From contig OZ024741.1 in assembly GCA_964016885.1 (NCBI GenBank), positions 224,192,001 to 224,256,000 of the forward strand: a stretch of 64,000 nucleotides of DNA, in the 5' to 3' direction. The notes under the pieces were generated by a model, which made no database searches, was not told the DNA's origin, and worked only from the letters and a program-made list of their open reading frames with translations. Made by a program: the position numbers and the translations under genes. Shown here piece by piece: positions 49,476-63,524 of the stretch (positions within the stretch are counted from its first letter, which is position 1; every line of letters starts with the position of its first letter). The stretch is from Eledone cirrhosa. Its lineage: Eukaryota.

Positions 49476-52400
49476 AAACTAGAAACCTTCGTTTTTTCAC
49501 TAAGAATCGCAGTTCTGAATATGGGCTGTAATAATCTATCACCTGTGAAGTATTTGGTGAATATCATTGTTTTTTTTTTTTTATATAAGCACAACATTAC
49601 TTGTTTTTGTTGTGGATTAGAAACATAACCATGAATTTAAGAAGTATTGAAACTTATAACTTCTCAATACCTCTTTGTAAATTTAAACCAGTCTCAATGT
49701 TTTATATGTGGTTCAATCGCTCAGCTTTGAAATTACATCTTGCTTCTTTCTCAACTGGGTTGTTAAAATTTTACTGAAATGCTGTGAAGGACTGAATTAA
49801 AGCGACAATCACAAAACTGTCAATTGTGTAATGCAGGCTATTTCATTTTGTCATTTGGCAAGACATGTAATTCTTTTTGCCTATGAAGTAATATTGAAGA
49901 AATTGTTATTGTTGTTTACTAAGCAAATAGTATTGTTAAATTCTAAAAGGTATTCTATATCAATCATCTGTAATGCTATCATTATGAATGTAGCAATATT
50001 GATAATTATTGACAGTAGTTGATAAACATCGGGGTCGATAAAATAAAGTACCTGTAATGCACTGGGTAATTTCTGGCCTTGTGCCTAAAGTAGAAACAAT
50101 TATCTAAACATCGGTTAAATCTTTTAGCATATTTCTAATAAAAATACTGTTGGAAGGATTTAGTAATTTAATTAACTTGTCATTGTTAAGCTCCGATGTT
50201 TGGAATTTAACTTGATAAAATTATAATTCTTGCTAAAAAAGATGTTAGTAGAAAATGACTAAAATCAGAAAATTTACATTATGAAAAATTGATTTAAAAA
50301 TCCTGTAAGGAATTTATTCCTTCTTTAAAGTTAGCTCTTTAAAAAGCTGCTCCAACATATGTAGTGATCTTGTAAGTTAAAAGAACTTTGGTCATATATT
50401 GCCTGAATTGTATGTCTACTACGCATCATTACATTACATTGGACATTGGACATACCAGAAACATTTTTTTTTTTTTGTCTTTTAATGTTTAGTTAGAGAA
50501 GGGCAGTACTCGCAAACATTTGTGGTGGAGAAAAGAAGGTATACTCAAACTAGGGACCTAGTCTGAATGCTTGCATAATAGAGTGGACTCTATTAAAGGT
50601 GGGAGTGTTAAACTGCGTGGCGGATTAAATATATATCATTGAAGGAGTGTTTAGTTTTATTCACATTAGGAAATAGTATTTACTGAATGGAGATACGCCA
50701 AATATTTCGAAAGTTTATTGCAAAAATCTGCAGAATATGATAAAATGTTGAAGATCATTATAAAAATTTAGGTATAATAATTCATCATTATCATTTTTGT
50801 GCCCAATTTTCAATGCTGCCATTGGTTGGTTGGGATGTTTTGCGACAATATTTTACAGCCAGATATCCTTCCTGATACTACTCCTTTTAGTCAACTCTTA
50901 TGATGTGCAGTGAGATGTTGTATTTATTTTAAAAACTAGGATAAGAAAATTGTAATGTGTCCGATGTTCTGTTAGTTTGCTGATAAAATATTTTTCTTGA
51001 ATTCATTGTGTTGATCAATGTTTACAGCATCTTGGTTAAAATGTCTGAGAAAGGAGCATACCACATACATCTATATTATAATAACTGTGTAGCTGTTTTG
51101 ACTGGTACACAAATTTGTCAAGGATGTTTCATTTTTGTTTTTTAAGAATCTGTGGAAGGCAAAAATGTTCAGTGGGTGGGGATGTTTTGAAATGTTTTCA
51201 TTTATACTAGACATCAGCATTCTGTTTGATTGGGGAAGTGGGTAGTCTACCTGAATGTTAAACATGGATCACCTTTTGTTAGCCTATTTTCCATAACTCT
51301 AACATTGCACACACAATAAAGCAAAGGAGTCACAGTTAAAAGTAATCAATAACTGAAGACTGTTTTATGCATAATAATGATAAATGTCCTTATACTTACT
51401 TATTAAATGATCATAACTTCAACCAGGAGTGGTTTGATATCAAAAGGGTTAAGTTGCTGTTTGGAACATAACCTAAGAAAAAGGTTCTTACAAAAAAATT
51501 ATAATGGAAAATGTAAATTTAAACACTTTTTTTTTTAGAATATTTTCCATATTCATCTGATCTTCAGATTATCATTTGTTCTACAAGTCAGCAAAATCCT
51601 CTAAAAAGTGAAAAAGAAATTCTTTTCTTAGAACATATTAACCCTATTACGACTATTTATTATGCAATACACTATATTCATTAGGTTGGGTGAACTTTTT
51701 TGAGGCAATGCTTTACAGCCAGATGTATTTCCTGACACTAACCCTTTTAGTTGCTTCTTATGACAGACGGTCATATCATGTACATATTCTAAACCAAAAA
51801 CACACACTGAATAATGAATTCAGAGGGAATTACTAAATTTATTAATGACTGAATTGAAAATGAAATGAAATTTACATCTCACACCTATATCAGTTTAGCT
51901 TGCCCTATGATGATGCATCTCATAGGAGGTTTCTTGAGTGTTTTAATGATAGGGGTCCCAGTCCTGTCATGAAAAACAATGTGAAATGAACTAACCTCCT
52001 CAAGAACACAATGTGCTGCTGGTCCAGGAATTGAACTCACGAACTTATGGTCATGAGTCTGTCATCCTAACCACTAGGCCACAGTAAAATGGTATTTGTG
52101 ATATAGCTTAACAGAAGTTTCTTATATAGAATTATAATGAAAGGGTTTAATTTAAATAGGAACTCTTTAAAATGGGTATATTTGTTCTGTAAAACCAGAA
52201 GTAGTTTTTTGGAGGTGGGTAGATTGTATCAAAGGTTAAATGCATGTCATAGGCAAACTATAAATTGTATTTAACCCTTTCAGTATTATGTTTATAACTA
52301 AAATTGTTTCAATTAAATTTTAAAATAATTGTGAATTTAGATTGGTTATGTAAAACACCATAACTTATTTATATTGAAATTATGTTTTGAACACAACTTA

Positions 52401-55400
52401 TGCAGGAGTTCTATTATGGAATTTGTCTTGAAACCATTCTAATTACACATAAAATCTGAAATATAAATTTAAATGTTTTAAATATCACCATATAAAATGG
52501 GCTATTAGCCAATATTGTATAACTCCTTAATTTTCATTGTTATATTTAAGACAAAAATGGTCTTCCACAAAACCATGCCCAGCTTTGCACCTTTATATTG
52601 TCACAAGCTGAAGAAAGTGTATAATTTAAATTGCTACCTCATTTTGATGAGTTTTGCTAATTCTAATATATAGTGGCGAATTGGCAGAGTTGTTAAAACA
52701 TTGGATAGAATGTTTTGCGGCATTCATTCCGGCTCTCTGAGTTCAAATTTCACCATGGTCAACTTTGCCTTCTATCCTTTTGAGGTTGATAAAAGAAGTA
52801 CCAGTCCAGTACTGAGGTCGATTCTGCATCCATATCATTTTCTCATTTCCTCTCTCTCCTTTGGAACAAATCACCTATGTTCTGACCTGGAGAAGAGATA
52901 GGCTCTGGCAAGTTGAAAATTCCCAAGGCAGTATTAGTAGAAATTGATGTTTTTCTTTAGATTAAATGTATTACTATAAAGTTTGATTAAATTTGAATAT
53001 TTTTTCTCTTCCAGAATGTAACTCGCTCTCATGGTAAAAAAAGTAATGATGACAGTGAAGGAATGGTGAGTTTACATTCCAACATTTTCTGCCTGTTTCT
53101 AGTTTAAAATGAGAGCATGTCAGTTTATATAGCTGGTTAACTTCATTAATTTTGTTGTGCCATGTTATTAATTTTGCACAAGAGATACACACAAACACTC
53201 TTATTTTAACCATATCATCAAATCAGATTTGTTACTTTCTTTATTTCTTGTAAACCTTTATTGCCAACAGATTATTTTAGAAAACAACAATTTGTATATT
53301 TAACTGTTTGTTGAAAATGAGGTGGGGTTTGTTGTATTTATATATAAAACGAGAAATGGCATTGTTAAATGGATTTAAAAGTTGCTGATAATTTTCTGTT
53401 TTTTTTTTCTTTTCTGAGTTCAGTGGCCAATGTCAGTTATTCATATTTTGTTGAAAACTTAGGTTTTTTTCCTTTTATTAAGTGTTGATATTTCAATTTC
53501 CTCACTATCAAATTGTTCATTTATACAATAGTTTCCATTCTAGTTGAATATTTTTGAAAACTGATTGCAGAAAACTGAATGGAATTTTGACAATGCCTTT
53601 TCTGATATTTCATATTCTTTTGAGATTTTCTAATCTTAAGTTTTGTTAATTTTGAAGTTAACTACTGAGTTGTGTAATTTTATTTTGGTTTATTTGTTCT
53701 GTGTATATTTCTTGTCTGTCACCAGTTTAGACGTACATATCTGAATGTTTTAGGAAATCTCAATTCGAAAAATGTGTTCTTTTAATGTTGCATTGTTATA
53801 TAATTATTATTATTTTCTTGTTTGAGAATATAGGTAGATCTAATGTTAGATGCCTTTGTAAAATTAATTTTGGGATAGGTATATTTCAAATATAGAAGAC
53901 ATTGGTATTCTGGCTTCATATAGTTTTGGCTATTTGCAATATATATACTCATATTTATCAGAATCTAAGAAATTCTTCTTCTTCTTCTTGTTATTGTATC
54001 CACTACGGTGTCGTTCTCAGAAAAAGAAAACTCAGCCAGTTGTTTTTGTGGGAAACAAGGTAAGTGAGTGTTTTACACTCAAATTCAAGTCTGGCATCTG
54101 TATCTTATGGCTGTTCTGTATTTATCGGCTTTCCCCCTCTTTTATTGAGAATATCATTTGCATCAATTTCATTTCCCTATCTATCTAAACTTGTAAAATT
54201 TAATGGGAAAATGGAATTTTTGAGCTAATTTGTGGAGATCTATTTTATAGCCACCAACTCTTAAAATACATTTGAATTTACACCTCAAATGGATATATTT
54301 TTCTACTAATACTAAATACATATATTGCAATTTGTGTGTATGTATGTTATATATATATATATATATATATAATGTATACATATGCATGATGTACACAGAC
54401 ACACACTAGTTTGTTTTTTTAAACTTGGGTCTAAAATCCAGAAGTTCCATTTTTGTAATAGGCCACTTCATTTGTCAATTTATGAAATTAATGAAACAAT
54501 AGTTTGTTACATCCTTTCTTGACATAGCAGTGAAAATAACAAAACGAAACAAAACAAAATTTGTTCTCCAAGTTCGAATAATATCATTCAGATTCAACAG
54601 TGGAACTCCAGCCAAAATCAATTACTTGATACAAGGGAAGTAATATGCTAAGTTCTTTTAAGGGAACAGAAATCTACAGAATTAACTTTTCTTTTAACGT
54701 TATTTCTTGTCTGAAGGAAACTATTTTTGAAAGTGGTTTATTTCAGATGCCAGTGTTGGTTATCAGAACTAAGCAGTTACTTTATATTGTTTTCAGTAAT
54801 TACCTCAAATATTCTGTATCAAAATTTCACCCCATTAAACTTCTATATAGGACTGATTATGATTACTTCAATTATATTTTAAAATTAAATTCTCTCCACG
54901 TAAGTGGAGTTTTGAAAAAATTAAATTTTCTTCGAGATTTCTATTTTTGCTTCGAGATTTTCTACTTTTGCTAATTAATGAAACTAAAAAAAAACTATTA
55001 AATTTTTTAAAAAGTGTATTTTCAATCTATAATTTTCTTTTGAATTGCTTTTGAGAAATATGTCCACATTGAAGTTTGTTGTATTTTACTCTGAATTATT
55101 GCAATGTAGTCTGTATGTGTCTTTAAAGTGTTGTCTAGTATATGTAGCTTATATGCCTCATAATATGTAGTTGGTCATTTTTCTTGTCCAGATGTCTTCT
55201 TTTTATCTCAGTTTGTCTGTCATCAAATGCTTTGTCATTAGTTACTGTTAGCTGTGCTCCTATTTTCTCGGCTTTATGTTTTAAAAAATAAAATCATTGC
55301 TTCTATTTGTATTTCTATTGGATTGATCTTATACTTTAGTGAAAATCAATTGTGATAAAGATGCCATATTTCCTGGGAAATCTGCTATAACTCCACTATT

Positions 55401-55884
55401 CTGCAAGTCATTGGTTTTCGTTCAATGCTTTTTCTATTAAATGCATTTAATTTACAGAATAGTATATTTATCTGAGTTAGTTAAATGGTTTTTTATTAAA
55501 CAAATGAAAAATAAAGAAAACTCACATTTTATTTGTGTAAACTGAAATAAGAAATTATTACTTTATGGATACACTCTCACTCTCTTCAGTTTCATCAGAA
55601 TTTTGTTTATGCAAAATGTGTTAAAATACATCTTATATGTTCCTTTTGACACCTTAACTAAGAGCAGATAACCATGTTTACCACAGCTGCAAAATGGACT
55701 GGAATTGAGCTTTAAAGAAGAAAATTGTAAAAAGCAATGGAATATATGTGTGCATATGTATATTTTTATATATGTGTATGGATATGTATATATACATATA
55801 TGTATATAAACATATACATGTTTACATACACATTACAACAAAGCTACACTGGACCAGAAGGAATGAAAATGAATACGAGTCCTG

Positions 55885-56540
55885 AGTATTGACATTGTTT
55901 CATGCACATATCACCAAAATGGCAGCAATGACTGGCTGGTTGGATTCTGAGGACTTTCAGGACAAGAGACCAGGAAACCATATTGGTCCCCTGGATGACA
56001 TTTGTCCTCAGCCAGTTGGACAATTGCTCTCATCTCTGGTTGCCGCAGTGTCAGAACTTGAAGCAATCCAAAGAACCTACACCAAGAAAATTGCCTCATT
56101 GAAGGATATGAGCAACTGGAAAAAGGCTAAAAGAACTAAATCTCTACTCCTTGGAACATAGATGGGAGAGAGAGATTCAGTGATATACTTATGGAAAACC
56201 TTGGAAGGACTAGCACCAAACATTGGCATTGAGAGTTGGAGCAACCCTTGAATTAGATGCAACTGTGTAGTCCCAAAGGTCCCATCTTTCACAGCTAAAA
56301 TAAGGACCAGCTGCAAAAAAACCCAGAGAGATATACATGGTGTGGATGTTTTTAAGAAATATCTTGACATCTTATTAACCAAGATACCAGGTGAACCCAT
56401 AGCATGAGACAAAGGACAAATAAGGGCAGTAGTAACAACTTCTTCTTACATCAATGACCAATCACGGAAAACTGGCTATAGAACTGTAGAGACAATGGCA
56501 GTGCCACAGCATGGCCCCCAACCAGTCAACTGGAGCAGGT
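55885..56540 (+). mobile_element. CR1-group LINE 3' fragment
   Basis: ELEAIQRTYTKKI..L..MS.W and VIYLWKTLEGLAPNIG match CR1-like ORF2 C-termini; frameshifted. Confidence 0.7.
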
Positions 56541-57400
56541 GAAAGTAAAAGTAAAATCTATGTATATATACATACGTACATACAGTGACTGTGCACACAG
56601 CCGAGCCTGTGGAGGCATCCATTGATGCTGGGCTATTGTTTTACTATTCCAAGCAATGCCTTGTCTTCCACAGCAGAAGGTGTCCCTGACCTGGTGTCAA
56701 GCTCCTTCAAAATTCCTAGGCCTCCCACATTAATTTCTTTTATTCCTGTCTTGTTCTTAGGTAAACTGGTTCTAATTGCAAATTTTTTCACTCACTTCTC
56801 ATTATCAAAGTTGTAACATAATGAATAAACAATTCAGCAGCAATTTGACGAAAGGTGGTTTTTCTGCTAGTCAAAGTAATGATATATCATGGTGATACAG
56901 GTCACCAAAAATCAATAAAGTAAATCAAAAAAAACTTTTGACTCAACCTGGTAGATATATATATATATATTTCTTTCTAGCAAATGTAACCTACACAAGA
57001 TATTGGTATATTCCATAACATAAAAACCAAATAAATAATCATGAAAATACCAAGTTATTATAGAAATAAGTGTAACAAATACAAGATGAAGAACACAAGT
57101 CTAGTTCCTACACCACAACCTAAAAAACCCAAATAATAAAATCCCCAATCTGTTTAAAAAATAAGCGAAATGAATCCATGATGAAAATACAATAGCAAAA
57201 GGCGGCCGGTGTAAAAGGTATAAACCTCAGTGTCATTAAAATAAAATAATTATAATAATTATACACAAACCTACATGTAAATATATCTATATTATATGTA
57301 TATATATATATATAGATAGATAACAAAGAAAGTGTGGTAAGAGACCAGGTGGACCGTAACGCACCAAAGTACTCGATACTTGGGGTAATAGAGTGGGTAA

Positions 57401-57463
57401 TAGCTAGATCTGAACTAGTTCGGATCTAGCTGTCGAAACGGCTGGAACTCAGCTGTCGGGGTC
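57401..57463 (+). ncRNA. 3' half of a hammerhead ribozyme (5' core missing)
   Basis: Long stem II hairpin tagctagatctgaac/gttcggatctagctg, then GAAA cggctg-gaact-cagctg TC ggggtc; no upstream CUGANGA. Confidence 0.5.
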
Positions 57464-57689
57464 CTGACTTTTTTCCTGTAGATAGATATATAATAGGTAC
57501 ATTCCTGAAAGGAATTAGAGGTGAGTGCAGTTAAAGAAGGTACTTAATGCTTTGGTAGAGAACAAGCATCTTTATTTTATACTCATGAAATCATCAGAAA
57601 TGTCTTGATGATTTCACATGAATGAACAGTCTTGTAGAAGTCATTTGTATATTAAATATATAATATATATATGTCTGTGTGTGTATATG

Positions 57690-57744
<55 letters not shown>

Positions 57745-57874
57745 ATATGTCTATATGTACATATCACATCATTTAACATCTATTTAAATGGTGATGATGA
57801 TGATGATATATATCTGTATATAATGCAAGCATGGAAAAACATGTAATGGCAATGTATGTGTGTGTATATATATA

Positions 57875-58968
57875 CTGGTGGTCTCCTGCCCTTTGCCCTA
57901 GTCTGTACTGTACTCAAATCTATTCATAAGGCACCTATTGTCATATATCGCAATGCCCATTTTCCTTAAAATATTCAATGCTGTGTTGCAGCATACCGGC
58001 ATAATGAACAGCTTCATCCTCATTGACAACTTTGTTGATAGATTTATAGATCTGGATGCCTCCAGAGATCACTTGTGAGAGGTTTTTGTTGATAGCATTC
58101 ATTGTGATGTTTTGGCGGGCAGGGATTGCTCTTTCACACAGCCACTCATTGAAATGGTGGATTTCAAAATTAGGGAACACTTGATTAAGTTTACAACACT
58201 TTCTACAACAGTACAAAATGATGAATGATCAAAACATCCTTCAGTATGAAAGGATTGCTTTTCTATAAATTGAAATGGCTGAGAGGTGCTTATCTGTAAC
58301 TTCAAGGGTTCCCCTCCCTTCTTGCCTCTCTTATTCCTACTGAAGAAATCTCAGAGGCTGGGAGAATCTGTGGATCAACTCCTCGCTTACCTCTCTCTAC
58401 TGCTGGTATATTGGCTGAGTTAGAAGCTGGACACCTTGTCAGACAATTTTCACTTTTGTTGCTCAAACATGGTAGCATCGGAACCATTGTTGCACACATA
58501 CTTTATAACTTTGCCCCATTTCGTTTTCGGGAAAAAAGTGATTGTGAGCATGTCGGTAGTTAGATTAAGTGAAAGCTCACAAAAACCTGGGGAGAAAAAT
58601 TTTCTTTGCAATCCCCATCGGGTGCTTTTCTATAAATTTAATTGGTTGAGAGGTGCTTATTAGTAACTTTAAAGGTCTCCTTCCCTCCCTGCCTGTTTTT
58701 GGTAAAAGGAGTCATTGGCAAATGTGTCATTTCAGATTGGTTGCTAACAAATGAAAAAACCTAGAAAAGAAAAAAAACTTCCCACAAGAAATCTCCAGCG
58801 CTGGGAAAATCGAAGGGGCACCCACTGCCCCCCCCCCCGTTTTTTGATAAAAAGTCAATTGTAGGCATGTCGGACATCATATTACACAGAAAATCCCAAT
58901 TGCTACCAATTTTATTTAGCGTTATTAGCGATTAATATACAAAGAAACTTTGTTTTTATAAGTATTAT
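57875..58968. mobile_element. Non-autonomous Helitron-like element with Pif1-helicase fragment
   Basis: Minus ORF 57941-58216 VFPN...WLCERAI.A..N.....IN......G....YKSI..V....EAVHY matches the Helitron Pif1 helicase; internal direct repeats 58261-58320 / 58628-58695. Boundaries approximate. Confidence 0.7.
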
Positions 58969-59933
58969 ATGTTGAAGGACACACAGAAACACACACAAAC
59001 AACTAAAATAAATATTCCATTCTCTCACTGTATTTCTCTGAATAACAACAATCACCTGTCATAATGGTGAAAGTCTTTTATTTAATCTCTGTGTTGCGTT
59101 GTTGGACATACAGACACATCCACTCAGAAATACACACAACCAAAACAAATTTCGATATTCTTTTTGTTTAGTCGCATATTATGTTTTAGTTAGTTAGAGG
59201 GGACAGGTGGAGTAGTATTTCCCTCTCCACATATATATATATAGATAGCTTGACGAACGGACAGTCAGGCAGACATGGTTCTTACAGTATAGACAAGAGT
59301 ACCTGTGCATTAGAAAGAGCAATAAATTCTCTACCACTTTGCCCTACTATTCCGCTTTAAGAAAAAAATTGATGGCAAGCATGCCTGAGGTCAGATTAGT
59401 AGCTCATTTATTTAAAAATAAAATAAATGATTTCTGGTTTAAGCACAAGGCCAACAATATTGGGCGAGGGGAAAGTCGATTACATTGACCCTAGTGTGTT
59501 ACTGGTACTTTATTTTATCAACTCTGTAAGGAAGAAAGGCAAAGCTAAGCTTGGCAGGATTTGAATTATATGATGATCGGTTCAAGGTGTAGCAAATCTA
59601 TTATGTATAAAATAAAATATCTTAGCAAGTAAGTAGGAAGAAATGCCTCAGTAAATAAGTCTTTGTTATTTCTAAGATAGCAGCTTGGGCACATTGTACA
59701 GCCACTCTGCATATACCCAAATCCTCCCTTAAAGTTGTATGTGCAGAGCATTTAATGATCCCAACTTCTAGACCGATTTCCATCAAACGATGATTCTATA
59801 TGTTTATATATATATGGTCAGGGGATGTATACATGTATGTTTGTATATGGGTGTATGTCTATATGTATATTATTGAGGGGGTTTTCTTAATGAAGACCTG
59901 GTATCCACCTCTCCTGAGAGTTTCTTACCACTG

Positions 59934-59966
<33 letters not shown>

Positions 59967-60104
59967 ATATATATACGTATGTATTTATAATTATATATGT
60001 ATGTATATATATATACGTATGTATTTATAATTATATATATATGTATTTATACCCTCCCATGCCTCAACACCCACCCAGCCACTTCTGTCCATACCACCTT
60101 TTTC

Positions 60105-60437
60105 ATTTTTCATTTTACGTCCGCTTTTTCCCTGCTTGCAAGGGTGGGACGGGAACTGATTCTGGCTTGATTTCTACAGCTGGATGCCCTTCCTAACACC
60201 AACCTCATTTACAGCGAGTGCTGGGTGCTTTTTTGCCGTGGCACCTACACGTCCACTTTACAGTGGAATGATATGGACCCCAGTCCCTATCATCTCATTT
60301 CTACAGCTGAGTAAACTGGAGCAATGTGAAATAAAGTGTCTTGCTCAAGGAAACAACACATCACTTGGTCTGAGAATTGAACTCACAACCTTTCGATTGC
60401 AAGGCCAATGCTCTAACCACTAAGCCATGTGCCTCCA
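60105..60437 (-). mobile_element. Full-length tRNA-derived SINE with RTE tail
   Basis: Reverse complement closely matches 12822-13147. Confidence 0.85.
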
Positions 60438-60989
60438 TACAATTGTGTTGGTGCACAGCAAAACATCACCCAGCCCACACTGTAAAGTGGTCGTATAGGA
60501 GTCATGACAAAAAGCACTCAGTATACACTGTAAATGTGGTTAGTGCTAGGAAGGGCATCCAGCTATAGAAATCTAGCAAGAAACAGTTTTGCATGAGCCA
60601 GATACAGTCACCTGATCTGACTTGCTTCTAATGGGACAACCCATCTAAACCATGCTAGCATGGAAAATGAACGTTAAGTAATGATCGTCTCACCAACCCA
60701 ACCAATTCACATGATGAACCGGGCACCTTTCACGCCACCAACATGACTACTTTAGAGGGTAGAATGGGTGGTTTTTGCCATGTCAAACACAGCCGTCTTA
60801 CTAGAAGGACCAGGTGCTCCTTTTGTCATGTCACCAATATAAGCACCTTACATGGTGGACAGAGCTTTTAGTAATTTCAGCAGCATTTTGGGAGAGTGTG
60901 TCCAGCTTTCGATGCTTGCGTGCATCGGTTGGTCAGGAGATGTGAAAAGTGGGGTGGGGAGCTTGTATTATGGAGTGGAGTGTTAAGAG

Positions 60990-62810
60990 GTGGGAGGACT
61001 AAGGAAGGGGGAGAAAGAGAAATGGTGTATACTAGAGACTACTAGATGTTTGCTTCATTCTGTGCATATTGGAAGGAAGGTAGGTCTGCAGAACTCCATA
61101 ACACCTGAGATCGCAAAACTGTGTCATTGCCTTTGATAAGTGCAATTGTGCAAGGTCAGCTTTTATCACCTCATCCCAAATTTTCCTAGGTATTCCTCTT
61201 CCATAGCTTTCATCAATGGTTTATACAGCTATCTTCCTTCATACACATCACATGTCGATACCACCGCAATCTCCTCCTGCACACTGCATCTGATCCTGCT
61301 TACGCATTGCTGTTCATGTATATTACTATTACACATCGTAGGTCTTCTGTACACAGTGCCCAGGTCTCACTATCATGCAGCATTACTGTTCATATACATA
61401 AGTGTCATACGGTCTGCCCTTTATTTTGAGGGAAAATCTTTTGTGGTTAGCAGCAGTAGTAGCTCGCTGATCTTTCTCCATTCCGTTCTTATTGTGGCTA
61501 ATGTACTTTTGGAACACCCAACTGCTCATTTGATCACCCAGGTAACAAACAATCAACTACTTCCTTAAAGGAGCTAGTATCTTGTGAACTCTTGCTACAT
61601 ACTGCTCCTATGCATCGACCACATATAAAACCTATGTTCTTTGCTAGTTTGCCCGAGATCCCACTACATCTCTTGTTTGTATTCAGGACATAGGATGGAA
61701 TTTCTACCTACTCCTTTCTTGCACACTGAACAAGGTTATTTCTTTGAGAGAATCTTGGCCCTGTTTTCCTTTCTACATACTGGGACTTTAGTGTTTGTCA
61801 AGTTGACTTTAAGACCTTTTGATTCTAGACCATGTTTCCAGGTTTGGAATTTCGTCTTTAATTCTGCCATAGATTCAGCTACGAGGGTTAGATCATCTGC
61901 ATACAGAAGATCCCAAAGCCACCCAGTCAGGAGAGGGCTAACAACGAAGTCCTGATGGACTCCTACATGTACGCTAAATTCTTCCCTATAGTTATTGTTA
62001 ATTGTAACCTTGCTGACTGCTCCTCTATACATGGCTTGTATTGCCCGCAGAAGCTGCTCATCTAGTTTTCTAAGAGCCTACAAGATAATGGAACGGGGGA
62101 CTCTGTCAAAAGCTTTCTCCAGTTTCTTAAATGCCAGATAGAGGGGTTTACTTTTAGCTAGGTACTTCTGTTGTAGTTGCCTCACAAGGAAAAGGGCATC
62201 AGTAGTACTTTTACCTGGCACAAATCCAAACTGCATCTCATCTAAGGTTAACTTGGTTCCTAATCAACTGTGCTGTAACCTTCATAACCTGGTCAACCAA
62301 CTTGATACCTTTATAGTTTTCTCTGTTTTCTCCTTTGCCCTTGTAGTAGTTGACAATGCTGCTGCTATGCTAGTCATTGGGTATGGCACTATTTTGTATT
62401 ACTTGGTTTACAATACGCATGGTTAAGGCGTGACCCACCATCCCAGATGCTTTCAGCAATCCCTCTGTTGGATCCACTTGGGACAACCTATCTTCCGCCT
62501 CTGCATTCTCCTCATTCACTCGTCTTTCATAGTGGCATTTCCATGCTATTTTTAAGCATCAGTGAGGGCAAGTATCACATTATCATCTTGGACACATTTT
62601 ATCCCCATCAACATCATACTTTTCCCTGACACTGCCTTCAATCCTGAACACCTCAAGTCTTTGGTACTCGCGTTACAGAACATGCTTAAATTTTTTATTT
62701 TCTGCTTCCCTTCTTACTAAGTAAGCTTGTTACTTAGTTTCACTCCTAGCATCCTGGTAGTGTTTTCTACTTTCTCCCATTTTCCCACCTGTCTGTTGGC
62801 CTTGATTGTC
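60990..62810 (-). mobile_element. Degenerate RTE LINE in intron (antisense)
   Basis: ORF 61736-62032 GVHQD.VVSPLL...LLYADDLTL; homology continues on both sides. Confidence 0.85.
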
Positions 62811-63524
62811 TCATATCATATTTGTGTTCCTGTGGTTTGATTGGTCTGGGTGGCTATGATTTTGTTTGGGAGTGGGCAGGAGGAAAATGGGAGATGAGCT
62901 ACAAGCACTGATTGAGGAGTAGGGGAGAAAAAAAATGATGTGTATGTGTATAATCGTTGAATCTTTGTTTCGAGAATCGCCATCCCTTGAATTTTTCTCA
63001 TACATGGGTGGCTTGAACATGATTTCAAGGACTCAGATTCCTTTCTGCATATGTTGCAGGAAAAGAAACAAAGGAAAGGTCATGCTAATGCTACACATGT
63101 AAAAGTTGTTTAGATCAAGTGGTGCCTGTGCCTGAAGTTTTTTAAGTAAAGAAAGGCCTTGCACTGGACCAATCCCTGAACAATGGTGACAGGTATCCAA
63201 AAAGATGAGTAGATCAATATCTTTGGCTGCCATCGAGTCACAGCTTTTACACCAGAGTTTCCGTTCTAGAATGATCTAACAAGAATTAGAGGTCGCTCAT
63301 TCCTGGTGGGCTAAATACGCGTTCAGACATTAAACCAAGTATTTCCATGTCCCTGCTTATATATATGTATGTATTTGTCTTTTGTGTGTATATATGTATA
63401 TGTGTGGGTATATGTATATATATATATATGTGTGTGTGTATGTATATGTATATATATATATATATATACATATATATAAATATATATATTTGTGTGTGTA
63501 TATATATATATAATCTCTTTGTCA

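Noticed and set aside
57583-57640. Hairpin with TTGATGA...GAAC
   Set aside because: Two core mismatches and no stem I; 59765-59795(-) and 22085-22120(-) are similarly too degenerate.
62811-63345. Short minus-strand ORFs between the RTE and RLE fragments
   Set aside because: No recognisable motif; cannot assign.
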